Assembly (NCBI RefSeq): GCF_033153115.1
Contig: NW_026889762.1
Coordinates: forward strand, 4,278,001-4,342,000
Source: Saccostrea echinata
Taxonomy: Eukaryota
Length of the DNA: 64,000 bases
Reading direction: 5' to 3'
Positions within the stretch are counted from its first letter, which is position 1; each line of letters starts with the position of its first letter. Shown piece by piece: positions 35,592 to 49,715 of the stretch. Under the pieces are notes generated by a model that was not told the origin of the DNA, made no database searches, and saw only the letters and a list, made by a program, of their open reading frames with translations. The translations under genes were made by a program, and so were the position numbers.

Positions 35592-36591
35592 TTAAGCTCT
35601 ACCAGTGAGAGACCAGAAGAGCTTGTTCATTAGTAAGGCGTCCGTCCGTCTATCAGTCTAGTTATCCGTCTGTCTGAAAACATTTTTTTTTTCAAAACGC
35701 TACTCCTACAGTTTTGGACCGATCTGAGGAAGACTTGCCACACAAGTCGATTATACTAAGATACATAACATAACATGTAAGTATCAGTTTTTCATTTCGA
35801 AAAACGGTGTTGCCTTGATTACTAAAAATAGAAATTTTCAAATTCTTTCAAAACGCTACTCCGCAAAAGTTTTGGTCTGATTTCGATAATGCTTGCTACA
35901 CAAGTAGATTATACTAATGTACATAATTCTAAATATGGGTTTTTGATTTTGACAAAGGGTGTTGCCATGGTTACTAAGAATTGATTTTTTGGAAATTCTT
36001 TCAAAACACTACCCTTACGATAGTTTTGATCCGATATCGATAAGACTTGGCACACAAGTACTGTGACTATACTATGATGCATAATTCTAAAATCAGTTTT
36101 CGAGCGATGCGATGTTGCCATGGTTACTTAAACTAGAAATTTCTGTGAATTTCTTTCAAAAGCTACCTCCCTTACAGTTTTTGTTCAATTTAAGTAAAAC
36201 TTGGTACACAAGTAGACTACACTAAGAGACAATTCTATATATCAATTTTTGATTTATGTAAAACGGTGTTGCCATGGTTACTAAGAAAAGAAATATCTGT
36301 AATTCCTCTTCCTACAATTTAAATTCAATTTCAGCCAGACGTTACACAAATAGACTTTATTTAGTTAAATAATTCTTTTTATTGAATTTAAACAATCGAT
36401 GTTGCCATGAGTTATTATGAATAGACTTTTTAGTGAAATTCTCTCAAAACATTACTCTTCCGACAGTTTCGGTCAGATTTCAATAAGACTTGGTACACAA
36501 GTACATGTAGACTGTACTAAGACGCATCTTTCTTTCTTATACATATAAGTACACAACAGTAGAGCTACAGTATCGTCAGACACTTCTCGTT
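35592..36591 (+). mobile_element. HINE-like element with internal tandem repeats of about 150-160 bp
   Basis: Head AGCTCTACC, GTCC microsatellite, repeated CAAAACGCTACTCC...ACTTGGCACACAAGTAGA...GTTGCCATGGTTACTAA, and subterminal GTAGAGCT near the 3' end. Confidence 0.6.
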
Positions 36592-38189
36592 ATGAATCCT
36601 CAAGAATAACAAAATTTTTAGAGACAAAATTCATTAATTTATAAATTAATAGTAAAGAACATATAGAGAGCAGTCAACTGTTGTCTTATGAAAGTTTGTT
36701 TGATAAACATACCAATAGATTAAAATGGTCATTTAGAGCAATTCTGTTTCTTTTCAGTCATTTGTAATAACAAACAAAAAGAGGGAGGGGGGATCTCTGT
36801 ATGAGTTAGTTGTTTGTACAGCAATATGGGCCATCAGTAGTACGTTCTACAAGTGTAGAATATATGTTTGTTCCTCTGAATTCAAATATTTCATGATGAA
36901 CCAAAATATACAATGTACATGTATGGTCAGAGACAGAATACATGTATGTTATTGCAATACATAAATCTTTATATGGAAACCCCTTCCTCCCTCGTTTTCT
37001 TGTTCAGAGTCCTCAGGACTCTTTAATCAGTAATTACAAGTTTCTTTTTGAAATCGATTCTTATTGACAAGTGACAGTTTTTTTTAAATACAGATTATGA
37101 GCTTTATTGTATTTATTATACAATACAAACGTCTTCACATTTTTCTTCACTTACTCGTCTCAGTCTTGAATGTTAATAACCAACACCCTGCTGTCAACGT
37201 AATAATAGTGTATGAATTTCAAGTGAAATTCTAGTGTTACTTAAGAAGTGCTCTTTTTGTTTGCATCTGTGTATTCTCAAAATATCAGTGCTGGATATCA
37301 AACAAATGTATGCATGGTCATATAGTTGATTTTAAACTTGAGACAATTTTATGTACCAGTAAATTAAAATATTTTGAGATTTCCTGTGAGGAAGTATAGA
37401 AATTATTGGTTAGCACTGTCCAGTAATATAATATTATGTATTTAAATAGCTTTAATCGAGAACAGTATTGGTCCTATAATCGATAATTCGAAATTGCTCT
37501 CTCAATCTTGCACTCATTTGTCTATTTTTATCTATGTGTTTGTGTATACATTATGAGATAACCAATAATTAATAAGTCCTGAGTCGTCAGGTAATTTCAC
37601 TGTAGTATGGCAGACGTCATTCGCAAAATGGCGGGGCTCCCCTGCTGTGCACAGTTCTCCTTGAGATAAAGGTTTTCCGCAGACAATATGTTGATATGAA
37701 ATGACAATAATTAACGCGAGCAGTCACAAAGGCATTTAAATCCGTGATGAAAACCCTTTAAGAACTCTGTCAAATCATTTAATAGAACTTTTCAGCTCTG
37801 TGCACATTAAATACTGGGTTTTAATCAATTTGTTGTGTTTTTCATCAACTCTTTATCCGTTTTTTTTAAGCACCGCCAAAAACAACACTTTGCAATGTAT
37901 GCACATTTTTGCAAATTAAGAATCTGGACTTTTGCCCAGAGCACTGCAGAAGACTGTTTTATAATCCACTTTAATTTATAATTCCGCCAAATCACAGAGA
38001 GACGTGCGAACTTTTCAACGGATCAACACAAATCTCTTTTGAGAGAAGGCAACTTATATAATCTCATTGCCAGACTTTCGATCACAACCATGAAGAAAAT
38101 GAAAAACAAATTTGAAAAAAAGTAAGGCACCTTGCACACATTCGTGTGGACGTCAGTATAATAAATAGATATATACATGTAATTCTACT

Positions 38190-39149
38190 TTAAACCGCAG
38201 AGACCTCGATTGGAGGTTCCGTCGAATTAGGGGGTGGGGTGTTTCCTCCCCCGGGATTGTCGTCTGCTTGATATTCTGTCGTCATGTGGGAGTCGGGTAC
38301 CCCTTTAGGAGGTGAAGTTCTCTTCACAGACTTTTGACTTAGTTTGCTACTAAGTGTTCCATTCATCTGGCTTTCAACGCCCGTCGTCTTGGACCGAGTA
38401 CCAAGATGGACTCGGGATGTACAAAATGCATCAATTTTTTCTTGCACTGAAGTGTCAATGCTCGGTAAAACTAAGGGGGCTAACTGGTCCTGTTTAGGGT
38501 TTATATAGTGATTGAGCTGAACAGGTCCATTGATACGCTGAGAGTGTAAAAGTTTCAGCTTCTGGTAGGGGTCACTCATAGCCTGGGAGACGAGCGCCTT
38601 CACAGGGCTGGGGTCTATTCGAGGAGTCCTTATCGGCGACCCTCTACTGTTCTTGGGTACCAGTTCGAATTTCCCTTGATGTTTTATAATTTTCCTAGCT
38701 GGAAAATGTTTGTATGTTTTCTCAAAAAAGGGAAGAGGGGTGGTTGCGGGTGAATCGGCCTTGATGGTAGATTCCGCGTCCTCTGTTCCTATTTTTGGCT
38801 TTTGCATCATAAAAGTAGTAGAGTAATAGGTGATTTCACGAGAACGCCCGACTGCTCCCCTTTCCGATTCCAACACACATTTATTAGTCAGTTTAGACGA
38901 TAGATCCGCCACTTCTTGCTCACGGCACCTCTGGTTCATTTCAGTCAATATCTGCTGCTGTTTCCCTAGACGTCGCTTCTCAAAGCTCGTGGACAGTTCC
39001 ATAATGGCCACTTTCTCGGGAGTTGCCACGCGGTGTCTCCCATCACGAAACTGAGTGATGTGTTTCAAATTATCCCGGGTCGGGTCCTTGAGAAACGGTG
39101 GCGGGGGCTCAAAATCCTCCATAGAAACTTGGGCCTGAAAGAGCCGCAT
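38190..39149 (-). CDS. Uncharacterised 319-aa intronless protein, Pro/Ser/Thr-rich and likely disordered
   Basis: 960-bp open frame with higher GC than its flanks in AT-rich DNA, and protein-like composition. No recognisable domain. Confidence 0.6.
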   Translation of the reverse strand: MRLFQAQVSMEDFEPPPPFLKDPTRDNLKHITQFRDGRHRVATPEKVAIMELSTSFEKRRLGKQQQILTEMNQRCREQEVADLSSKLTNKCVLESERGAVGRSREITYYSTTFMMQKPKIGTEDAESTIKADSPATTPLPFFEKTYKHFPARKIIKHQGKFELVPKNSRGSPIRTPRIDPSPVKALVSQAMSDPYQKLKLLHSQRINGPVQLNHYINPKQDQLAPLVLPSIDTSVQEKIDAFCTSRVHLGTRSKTTGVESQMNGTLSSKLSQKSVKRTSPPKGVPDSHMTTEYQADDNPGGGNTPPPNSTEPPIEVSAV

Positions 39150-42100
39150 GTTTCACTGTTAGCCACAGGCCTTGTCTCACACTTTCATGGCATAAACACA
39201 CAAGAAGAAAAGTCCAATCGTAGGATCAGATCTAAATGTGGAATAAACACCCCGTATTCGCCTACGTCATCTTCGTATAATTATCCTCAATCACATTAAT
39301 TGAATATCAATTTACATCGTTGAATTGTTCCGATTTCTTCCATAAAAAGTGCGCAGTGTCAACTGCTTGTAAGTTCCGTAACTATAGGAGGGATTAATTC
39401 ACTCTCTGCTCGTTTAAATTTCCGATCATAATCAAGTCGTATATTTTCTTTCCCCTTCGTTAATTCCCTTTAATCATAAGTTTAATTCCTTCTTCTTTCA
39501 ATCAAGACTGACTTCTGACAGAGTCACGGATATGTTTCCTCCGTATTGCAGTGCAGAAAGAACTTCTAAGTTTACATTTACAATGCAAATCGTCACTCGG
39601 AACCACGGCCCGTGTTTGGTGTTAGATTTCCGATTAAGCTAGTTGTGTATTGAAAACTGTCCAATATGACGAACCAGAAAAACAATTAGAAACATCAGCT
39701 ATATATTATCAAAGATATGAATTGAAAAATGGCGAAACCGATATTGCAAATATTTGCGATAAATCAAAGTTTAAATAATGGGATCGGGTAAAATATCGAA
39801 TTCTTTATTACTAAAATCTTAGTTTAAATTGCTGTACTTTAAATGTCACTTGACATAAAGCCCCTCACAGATAGAAAAGTTTCATATTTTTGTAGCAATT
39901 AACTGGGCCATACTGGTCTTTAAACGGTTCATTTCATCTCTACTCGAGCCGTTACCACACTATTGTACGTATGTCATTAGGATCAAATCAAATAGGGAAA
40001 GGATATGTTTGTCAAACACAAATATATAGGATTATACTCGGCCTTTTCCCGGCATTTGAATAAAAAGCTTTTTATAATATTTGTTTACAGTAACATCATT
40101 CGTTAAATGAAAAAGTCTTACAGTTGGTGGCAATTTTGAAGATCATCGATTTAAAGCTCGAAAACCTTGTAACGTATCAATTTAATTACTGTTTAAAAGG
40201 ATTTATTGTTTGCTAATGACAATATTTATATTTCTTGCGGTTCTAAATGTCTAGAACATGAATTTGTTGTAACTTCAAGAAAAAGTTTCAAAAGTAATAT
40301 TTGGATGAATTTGAAGGAGGCGTAAAGCTCATACGTACAGTCTCTTTTTTAAACATAAAAATGGACGTCCTTGAACAAGTAACGGCAAGGGGGGAGTGTA
40401 ATATTAATGAATTTAAAAAAAATGTCAGTGAACATTTTAGCATGCCTATCAACAGATACACACCCTCATTTTAAAAACTGGAGGCACAACCCTGCGGGTG
40501 CATGCATGGTTCTAGCTGCTTTGTAACGCACACCTCTCCCCTCTCTAATTATGATAATCTCGTGGCTGCATAAGACAGAATTCACTTGCTCGTATATGCT
40601 CTGAAAATGTCCTTATTTTGGCTTCACTATGCCTAAAACATATTATTATTTAAAGTAATGTTCAGAGGCCGTTTAGTGATTTTTTATTTCCACGTTTAAT
40701 CGTAATTGTGCTGTACATGCTCAGATCCAGAGTAAGCTGTTTCTACCTCCTTTTCGAACAGTTCTCTTCCCGGTGTTTCTTTATATTCATTTATTTATTT
40801 TAATTCTGCTATTATGGGTATACGAGACATTTTTATAAAAATAAACCAACAGATACGAAGTGTCATCACTCAGATTTCCTTTTAAATCTACTGGTATATG
40901 TACATTTACTTGCTGTCAAGCTTTATTTTGATGGTCCTTTAAAGCTTTCTATAATTTTATTTACTAACAAACTGACTTTAGGTTGATTGCCCCTCTGATA
41001 AGAGAGATAACTCTCTCTCTGGGAGAAATGTCCATTATTTGTATATTTAAACAACTCCTGATTAAAATAAACGATATATCTAAAAAATAAATTGCACAGC
41101 AAGGCATACTGAATTTGTGTGCATTTTAATTACTACAAATAAATCGCTAGAGTTATAGAGTGAAATCTTATATGAGTGAAAAGAGGGGCAATGAACCTTA
41201 AAATATGAACCAAATAGGGCGCATATGAAATGGGAAAATTGCTTTATTTATTATCCATAAAAATAACTTCAGATTATGACACCAAAATAAAAGTTTTCCG
41301 ATAGGAAGAAAGGGGTTGTTTAAGGAATTAAAAAAGTTTAATTTTCTTATTTGCAAATCAGAACATTTTACTACATCCTTCTTATGTCATAAAAGTCGTT
41401 TTAATAAATTATGAACACGCAAACAGCGGCGTAGCTGCTATTAGACACTTAAGGCACGTGCCTACACTTATTTTAGCAGAAAAAAAAATATAGAATGAAA
41501 ACTGTAAAAAAAAAAAAAATAAATAAATAAAAAGAAATGATTACATATCATTTTCGCCATTGATAGAGATCATGAATGTATAAACCACCAAACTGTGCAA
41601 AGTAATAATAACCTGCAATATATATGAAGTGAACCGGCTGTTTCACAGTAGGACTCGTCTCCTTATAAAATTCCTATATGCAAGTAATAAAATAGATATT
41701 AAAGCCTCCTGACGCTAACAAGATACATGTATCTTATGTGTGGTATTAACCTTCATTTTAATTATTAATTAAATAATGTTAATTAAGAGGAATTCAATTT
41801 TTATGGCTGTTCACCTGAATTTATTTCTTCTTTGTGGGTAGACTAGCTTTTTTCTGGAATGCGGCCTCCCGTTCCCTCGCCGCATACTGGGTAATTTTTG
41901 CCAAAACTTAATCAAAGTTCTGGCTACGCTCCTGGTAAAGGACAGAAAGGAAATATTGAATACTTGAAGAACCGCTTCAAGTCTCTAAGTCATTTCAAGT
42001 GAATCTAATAATAATTTATTGAACTCAATTCTATTAATTTAGACAAACAAAATAACGAATATTTCACTTTGTAATCTTCATAGAAATGTCGCCCGTCCTC

Positions 42101-42698
42101 TGATACAAATGTCCGACAAAAGTGCTAGTAGGTAACCGTGTCATTCAATTTCTTAACGATGCATGTAAAGTCGAATAAAATATACAATTGATTTATTTCC
42201 AAAAATTCCCTTAAAGTGAATAATGTCATGGTTAAAACGGTTACCACACTCCTCACAATTAACAAAAAATTTTAACCTGTTTCACATTCATACTTTGCGT
42301 TTTATACGGGCCTATTACTTTCTTAAAGATAAAAAAAGAATGTCTAGTCTTCATTTATTAAAAAAGAGTGTCTATTTAGTTTATATGAAGATCAACACAT
42401 ATGTACTTTTAGATGAGGATTATTTAAGTGTTATTAAAAAAAGCTCCTTTTCCTGAGTGAAATTCATCGAAAGTCAAATATTATTACATAAGCTACTGCA
42501 TCCAGTCACTATTTCGCAGCAGTCATGTTATACGTTAATTGTATCATTCACAAAAGTGCAGGCATTCTTCATTGCATTCTTCACATGGACCAATCATTTT
42601 ATAGAATCCATTTCTCAGACTCTGATATTCTTCCCATTGACCAATCATTATGCAGAATCTATCTGGTAAGTTTTTAAATTCTTCGCATTGACCAATCA

Positions 42699-44585
42699 TT
42701 ATGCAGTATCCATTTGGTAAGTTCTTACAAACTTCCAATCACTACTGACACAGAAAATGTTGCTCCCTTTTTTAGCCTTCATGAAAATAGGATATGGAAT
42801 GTCTTCAATAATTCCAAGGAAGGTTCCGTCTCCAGACAACACATGTACGTTTTTACTATGAAATCCTGCCACGTAAATCTTGCCTCTTTCATCCTGATCC
42901 ACCCCTCTTGCAGTTAAGAGATCAGGACTGGTGTACTTCCAGATTATTTCGCCTTCGACATTCATAGCGGTTACCGTATCATTAGACACGCTACTGTAAA
43001 CAATATGGCCGCGGTCTGTCACTGTTGCATATAGACTGCAACCTTGCACTGGATATTTATGAATAAAGTTTCCTTCTTTGTCATACTTCAGAATGGCAGA
43101 CTGGCAAGCAATGTAGAGGAAATCACCACCGATAGCAAGACCATAAGGCGCGTACTCTTTTTCTATTGAAAAACGCCTGGTTTCGGTGAGCGTATCGCTG
43201 GAAATAACACTAATGCATTTTTTTGTTTGTAAAGTAACAAAATATTCGTTCCCATCATGCTGAACATCAAATGACCTTCCCACTTTTTCAATTTCACCTA
43301 AAGAATCCCAGTCCTCGCTTGTCATAGAATACTTAAAGAGTTGCTGCTCAGTTCCATAAACACAGTTAGCGAAGAGAAAAGTCCCATCCGGAAGAAAAGT
43401 TCCACCTGTTAAATAGCCTTCCGGTATATTGAATTCATATAGGAGTCTAAAATTGGCGAGTCCACCATAAACTTTTTTCTCCCTAAGACTAAGACGAGAG
43501 AATTGTCCTATTCTTTTCATATCAGTAAGCTCTCTTGACATTTGCGATTCAATATTTACCTTTAATTCAACAAATACCTCCTTTCTTAGTATTTCAAAGC
43601 ATCTTTTGACTCTCAGAAATTCCTTCATATAATACACGCTTCTTTCTTCCTCCAAATCTTTAAGTTTTTTCTTGCAATGCTCTGTAAACTTAACTCTTTC
43701 AGATATAGAATCAATTTTCTTGTTCAGCTTCGCTTTGCCTCTCTTTGTAAGCTCGCTCAGTTCTCCGAGATGTTCATTCTGTAATCTGTCCAGACGCTCA
43801 TTAATCTCTTGTCTTAGTTCTTTTGTCTTCTCTATTACATCATCTGAAGAATCGTCAAGAACGATGACGTTTTCCTCTTGTTTCTCCCTCAGTTCTAACA
43901 ACTTGTCTTCATAACTCTTCATCTCACTCAGTATGCTCCTAACTTCATCACTGTTTTTAATTCTGTCAGCGGCTTTATGTATCGCCTCTACACTCACACA
44001 TTTTCTGTGATCGATACTGACACAGAGGCCACAACAAACCTCCCTGTGGTCGTTACAGTATAACTCTATCTTCCTCTCGGGGTGATACTGACAAAATTCA
44101 TCTTTCATCAAAGCCCTGCTTATTTTCACGAATATTGCTTTAGGTTCACTTTCTGGGATGATGACATGCGCACGGCTAGCTAAGCTTCTCTTGTGGTACT
44201 TCACACAGTTGCTGCACAATAACTCCTGACAATCCACGCAGAAACTCTTCGCTGTTTCGTCTTCATCTTCTCTTTTACAAGGTGCACAAAATTTAGCCTT
44301 TCTGAGCTTATCAAATTTGTCTACAATATCACAGATGGGAAAACTTTGGGCCCAATCTTCAGGCTTCTCAGAAACATCCGGAGACGGAATGAATTCTCTA
44401 CATATTGGACATGAAAATCCTACCGGGGCTTCCTTCGATTCACATGAACTGACGATGTACGAACTTAAACAACTATTACAAAAGAAATGTGAGCAAGGAA
44501 GGCACCTCGGTGTTTTCAGTTTTTCTAAACATATAAAGCATCCGGTAATGACGTTCAGTTTGGTTCGTAGACTGTTGGATGCCAT
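42699..44585 (-). CDS. TRIM-like E3 ubiquitin ligase (RING, two B-boxes, coiled coil, NHL/beta-propeller-like C-terminus), 628 aa
   Basis: RING CFIC...CLPCSHFFCNSC...CPIC; B-box1 CAPC...CVDC..LC..C..YH; B-box2 CQYH....LYCNDH...CCGLC...DH; heptad-rich middle; RGVDQDERGKIYVAG propeller blade. Single-exon CDS. Confidence 0.92.
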   Translation of the reverse strand: MASNSLRTKLNVITGCFICLEKLKTPRCLPCSHFFCNSCLSSYIVSSCESKEAPVGFSCPICREFIPSPDVSEKPEDWAQSFPICDIVDKFDKLRKAKFCAPCKREDEDETAKSFCVDCQELLCSNCVKYHKRSLASRAHVIIPESEPKAIFVKISRALMKDEFCQYHPERKIELYCNDHREVCCGLCVSIDHRKCVSVEAIHKAADRIKNSDEVRSILSEMKSYEDKLLELREKQEENVIVLDDSSDDVIEKTKELRQEINERLDRLQNEHLGELSELTKRGKAKLNKKIDSISERVKFTEHCKKKLKDLEEERSVYYMKEFLRVKRCFEILRKEVFVELKVNIESQMSRELTDMKRIGQFSRLSLREKKVYGGLANFRLLYEFNIPEGYLTGGTFLPDGTFLFANCVYGTEQQLFKYSMTSEDWDSLGEIEKVGRSFDVQHDGNEYFVTLQTKKCISVISSDTLTETRRFSIEKEYAPYGLAIGGDFLYIACQSAILKYDKEGNFIHKYPVQGCSLYATVTDRGHIVYSSVSNDTVTAMNVEGEIIWKYTSPDLLTARGVDQDERGKIYVAGFHSKNVHVLSGDGTFLGIIEDIPYPIFMKAKKGSNIFCVSSDWKFVRTYQMDTA

Positions 44586-45328
44586 GCTAAAATATTATAG
44601 ATGAAATGAACTCACTCATTCATTTCAGCGAACCCCGTGTCCATAATGCCTGGTATTATTTTGGGAATACTGATCCCGATTTAAAATGGGAAAATTATGT
44701 TTTGAGAGAAAATAATTTTTCTCCTCTATATTCTGAGATATTCTGTACCCAGTCCTTTACATAATTGCTATTAGCAAAGTTGGAATATTTCTACTTAGAA
44801 AACTTCTTCCTTGTGTTTTAGAATTACTTTTAGCTAGTATAATTTTCAAGAACTTTATATTTTGACAGTATACTGTATTTATAAAGCTAAGGTCTCTGAT
44901 CCTGAAAAAACATATTCTTCATTCATAGTATAATTCCTGAAATCTGTTCGATGTAAAACACAATCTAAACTAATCTTAAAAAGCCCAATATATTTTTAAT
45001 GTAGGAATATTTATTTAGAAAGGGTCACACACACAAAAACAATTCTTTCAATATCACAAGTGTATTTTCCGAGAGGTCATAAATTAATGTAATACATTGA
45101 GCAAATTGACACTGAATTACTGAATCTTCAATATATGCTTGTAAAGTTGCTAGTAGAGCACAATAGCTAGGGATTTTTTAAACATCTTTTTTTTTCATAT
45201 ATATACACATGATATATTTCTTCTTTCATCCTCACATGTTGCATTTTAAAGTCAAGACAGAGTTATGGAAGTGATCAAATAAATCACTTTCGAAAGCTGA
45301 GAAAAAACATGGTTGTTTTTTCAGAAAC

Positions 45329-45519
45329 CAAAGGCGGATCCAGCGCCGGCGCGCCGGGCGTGCCCCCCCCTTTTTTTGAAATTTTGTTGTTGTTGAAGTT
45401 TTGTTTGTATAACAAGCATTTACTTTCGTATTAGTCCAGTTAAGTACATAAATTGAAAAAAATTATACTGCTCATCCCCCCCCCCCCCTACAGTTATGAA
45501 ATTCCTGGATCCGCCGCTG
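45329..45519. mobile_element. Short MITE with GGCGGATCCAG terminal inverted repeats
   Basis: GGCGGATCCAG at 45333 and CTGGATCCGCC ending at 45515, with C-runs inside. Confidence 0.6.
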
Positions 45520-47051
45520 GAACTTATTGGAAGGGCCCTAGATGTTGCAATTATAAACAAGTACATTTTTTTTCTTTTACATGGAATTCCATATGAATGC
45601 ATGGCTTTTATCATCTGATCATTGAATTATCGTAGAGGAACAAATGCTTGATCGAGTTTGTATAAACTATTAATTTGATTGACTGTTTTGTGTGTTTTGG
45701 GCGGGGGGGGGGGGGGGGGGTCTAAGATTTGTTTGATCAATGGACATGCAGATACCAGATCAGATCGACTTTCCTCTGTTCCTACTTGCCTTTCACTCTC
45801 TATGTAAAAGACTTACGTATATAGGGACATCAAAAAGGAAGGATTAAAGCATTCAATACAACCCCTTTGCATATATTGATGAAATGGATGAAAAAAATGA
45901 TTCAATGTATACTCTGAAATCTAATTCATCTTACTCCCCACCGCCCCCCCCCCCCCCTCCACACACACACACACACACAATCCACAAGTCGTCGTATGTC
46001 GCAGTACACAATCCATGCATACGATGAAAGTACTGGGAACAAAGCGATGACTCTTTTCTATTACAACACAATATACAACTGTACATTAATTTGACGAGGT
46101 TCTGGACAACTAAATCATGAACATAAAGAGATGGCTCCTTAACACCGTTTAACAGTTAGTGATACTACCCCGCCTTTTTCATAGCTAAAGGTGCATTTCA
46201 GTATTCAAAGTTTATATCTATTCATATTTATTCATTTGTGTTCATTTAGTAGCAAGATAAAAAAAGATTATATGATATTCAATATTCATAATACTAGTAC
46301 TAGGTTTATTTATTGTTCATATGTAATATATGTAATCGCAATGCACAATCCATGTACTATGATAAATGTACTGGGTACAAACAACAGTTTTATTGAATAT
46401 TTTACACATAATTATCAATAAAAAGAAAAACAATAGCAATTTCAGAAAATCTCACTGAATATTCAAATTCTTTTCCTGGTCTATCACAATGTTAGAAATA
46501 CTTAAATCTATTTTAAAATGTGTCATTCCGTTTCCATTTTACATGCATCGAAGAGCAGATCACTCTTACTACATAAACTACCATGGAACTCTTTCCATTG
46601 CATGAGCAGTGTTTAATAGCTTCCTTAAATTATGATTCCGTGGTCCAGGAGCAAAAATCTCAGGAACATAGTAGGAATTCTCAAGGCAAACTCAATAAAA
46701 ATATTAATGTAGTTATTCTCCTTTCTTAAAGAATATTTATTTTATATGTATTTATAAGGTGGGGGGGGGGGGAGGAGGAAGGGGTTAGAATGCAGGAGAG
46801 GTTGTTTGAGTAAATCGGAACTTTGACGTCTCCAAGCAATGGCAAGTTAAACAGAGATTTGGTGAAAAAGGGTGTACATCCTCACTTTTGAATACAAAGC
46901 CTTGGATTTCCGAGTTACTTAATTTCTTGATATATTTTTCTTCAAGAAAAAAAAGGATGTTTCGTGATTATTGAAAAGGATTTTAGAATACAAACTCAAA
47001 GAATGGATGGATCCTGATTTTCACGGATTTAAATGCGGTTTGAATACACCC

Positions 47052-47090
<39 letters not shown>

Positions 47091-48169
47091 ATTAAAAGAA
47101 GCTGCTTTATCCTTTTATATCATGTCCGTCGGATCCCGGGGGTGGGGGTGGGGACGGTGGGGGGGGGGTGCCTTCTCAGTAATTATTTTTTTCAGTATAT
47201 ACAATGTACTTAACAAGAACGAAAACAGAGGTATATGTAATTTACAATTTTGCCCCTTCAGTGATTTTGGAAGTATATGCATTTGTATGATGCATTCGGA
47301 GGGAAAAACTTTTTTTTTTCCCTCTCTCTCGTCAAAAATTTCTGTTAGGTTGTGCACTAAATGAAACTGCTTTCTACAGGCCTGTGTACATTTTTGCGTC
47401 CCAAAATTGCGCAATTACTTTGCCATATTTCAACAAAATTTCAAAAAGGAATTATGTATCTTTTTTTTTCTTTTTTTTTTTTAAATATAGATAACCACAG
47501 AAAAAAATATTTATTCCCATTCGCAGGCCATACGTAGTACAGTATTATACCAATTTCCTTTCGGGAGTGGGGGATGGGGGTGTTTAGAACACAAGGTTTA
47601 TTTCAAAATGTAAACTTGAACTTACAGGAAGCAGCATTTATAAACTTACAAAGTTTTCAGTATGAATAAATACAAATTTTACAATGTGACAATTACTAGT
47701 GTTGAAGGGATGCATTTACTGCCTTACATATTTTAAGAACTCTCTATACACTGCACACTAAAGAGTTCTGATTCTGTGGTATTTTTATGTAAATTGAGTA
47801 ATCTGCCCTTAGATCTAAAATAAAATAAATTGAAATCTACAGTTTATCAATCAATTTCTAATCAATTCAAGCATTCTTAACATTCTGATACTCCAAGATA
47901 AATTAATCTAACAACTCATTTGCATGCTTTTTCCCCACTTAGGTAAACAACAGTGATTTCTGTTCATCAAAACTTTGCTGACTTTCAACATTTTTCCTGG
48001 GGGTAAAAGCCAGGCACCCTATTTTGAAAATGATATTAATAAACTGAATATTTACACCTTTATACAATATAATTTTCTCAATGTCCAAAAAACATTTTCG
48101 TTTAGTGTAGAGAGGGTCCTTAAATCTAATCTGTACCTACTTTCTACTGGTAAATTCAAAAGTTTAAAA

Positions 48170-48171
<2 letters not shown>

Positions 48172-48207
<36 letters not shown>

Positions 48208-49538
48208 CACATTGGCTAGGAAAAAGCACAAATCACTTCAGTATTGAAAAGTTTAAAGGGGGATGGGGGAGGGCTTGGATTTTGAACTACCAGAGAATGC
48301 TTCCATATCAATATAACAAATGGCTTTGCTGTTCTTGAGCAGAAGATTTTTAAAGATTTTTTTCCTATATATTCCCTTGTTGAAAATTTGATCCCCCATT
48401 GTGGACCCTCCCTACCCCCCCCCCCCATTATAAGAACAAACTTGAATCTACACTACCTGAGGATGCTTCCATATCAATATGACTAAACATGGCTTTTCTG
48501 TTGTTGAAATTTTTTTTCCTATATATTCCTATGTAAAAATTTGATCTCACATTGTGGCCCCACCCTACCCCTGGGGGTTATGATTTGAACAAACTTGAAT
48601 CTACACTACCTGAAGATACTTCCATATCAATATGACAAAACATGGCTTTGTTGTTCCCGAGAAGAAGATTTTTCAAGTTTTTTCCCCTATATATTTCTAT
48701 GTAAAACTATGATTCCCCATTGTGGCCCCACCCTACCCCTGGGGGTCATGATTTGTATAAACTTTAGTATCAATGTGACTAATTGTGGCTTTGTTGTTCT
48801 TGAGAAAAAGATTTTAAAAGATTTTTTTCTATAATTCCTATGTAAAATTTTGATCCTCCATTGTGGCCCCACCCTACCCCCTGGGGGTTTTGATTTGTAC
48901 AAACTTGAATCTACACTACCTGAGGATGATTCCATATGAATAAGACTAATTGTGGCTTTGTTGTTCTTGAGAAAAAGATTTTTAAAGATTTTTTTCTATA
49001 ATTCCTATGTAAAATTTTGATCCTCCATTGTGGCCCCACCCTACCCCCTGGGGGTTTTGATTTGTACAAACTTGAATCTACACTACCTGAGGATGATTCC
49101 ATATGAATAAGACTAATTGTGGCTTTGTTGTTCTTAAGAAGAAGAATTTTAAAGATTTTTTTCTATATATTCCTATGGAAAACTTTGATTCCCCATTGTG
49201 GCCCCACCCTACCCCTGGGGGTCATGATTTGAACAAACTCGAATCTGCACTACCTGAGGATGATTCCATATCAATATGACTAATTGTGGCTTTGTTGTTC
49301 TTGAGGAGAAGATTTTTTAAGATTTATTGCTATATATTCCTATGTAAAACTTTGATCCCCCATTGTGGCCCCACTCTACCCCAGGGGGTCATGATTTGAA
49401 CAAATTTGAATCTACACTATGTAATGAAGGTCTCACACAAGTTTTAACTTTTACAGCTCAGTGGTTCTTGAGAAGAAGATTTTTAAAAGATACCACCAAA
49501 TTTTCACTAATTCTTAATTATCTCCCCTTGAAAGAGGA

Positions 49539-49592
<54 letters not shown>

Positions 49593-49597
49593 GCAAG

Positions 49598-49633
<36 letters not shown>

Positions 49634-49715
49634 TTGAAAATGTGAAAAGTTTACAGACGGATGGGCAGACAGACAGACAGACAGACAGACTGACTGACGG
49701 ACGACGGACAAAATG

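Noticed and set aside
48400-49450. CRISPR-like array (also considered for 10000-11100 and 59500-60350)
   Set aside because: Whole units repeat with no unique spacers, there are no cas genes, and the context is eukaryotic. These are satellite arrays inside HINE elements.
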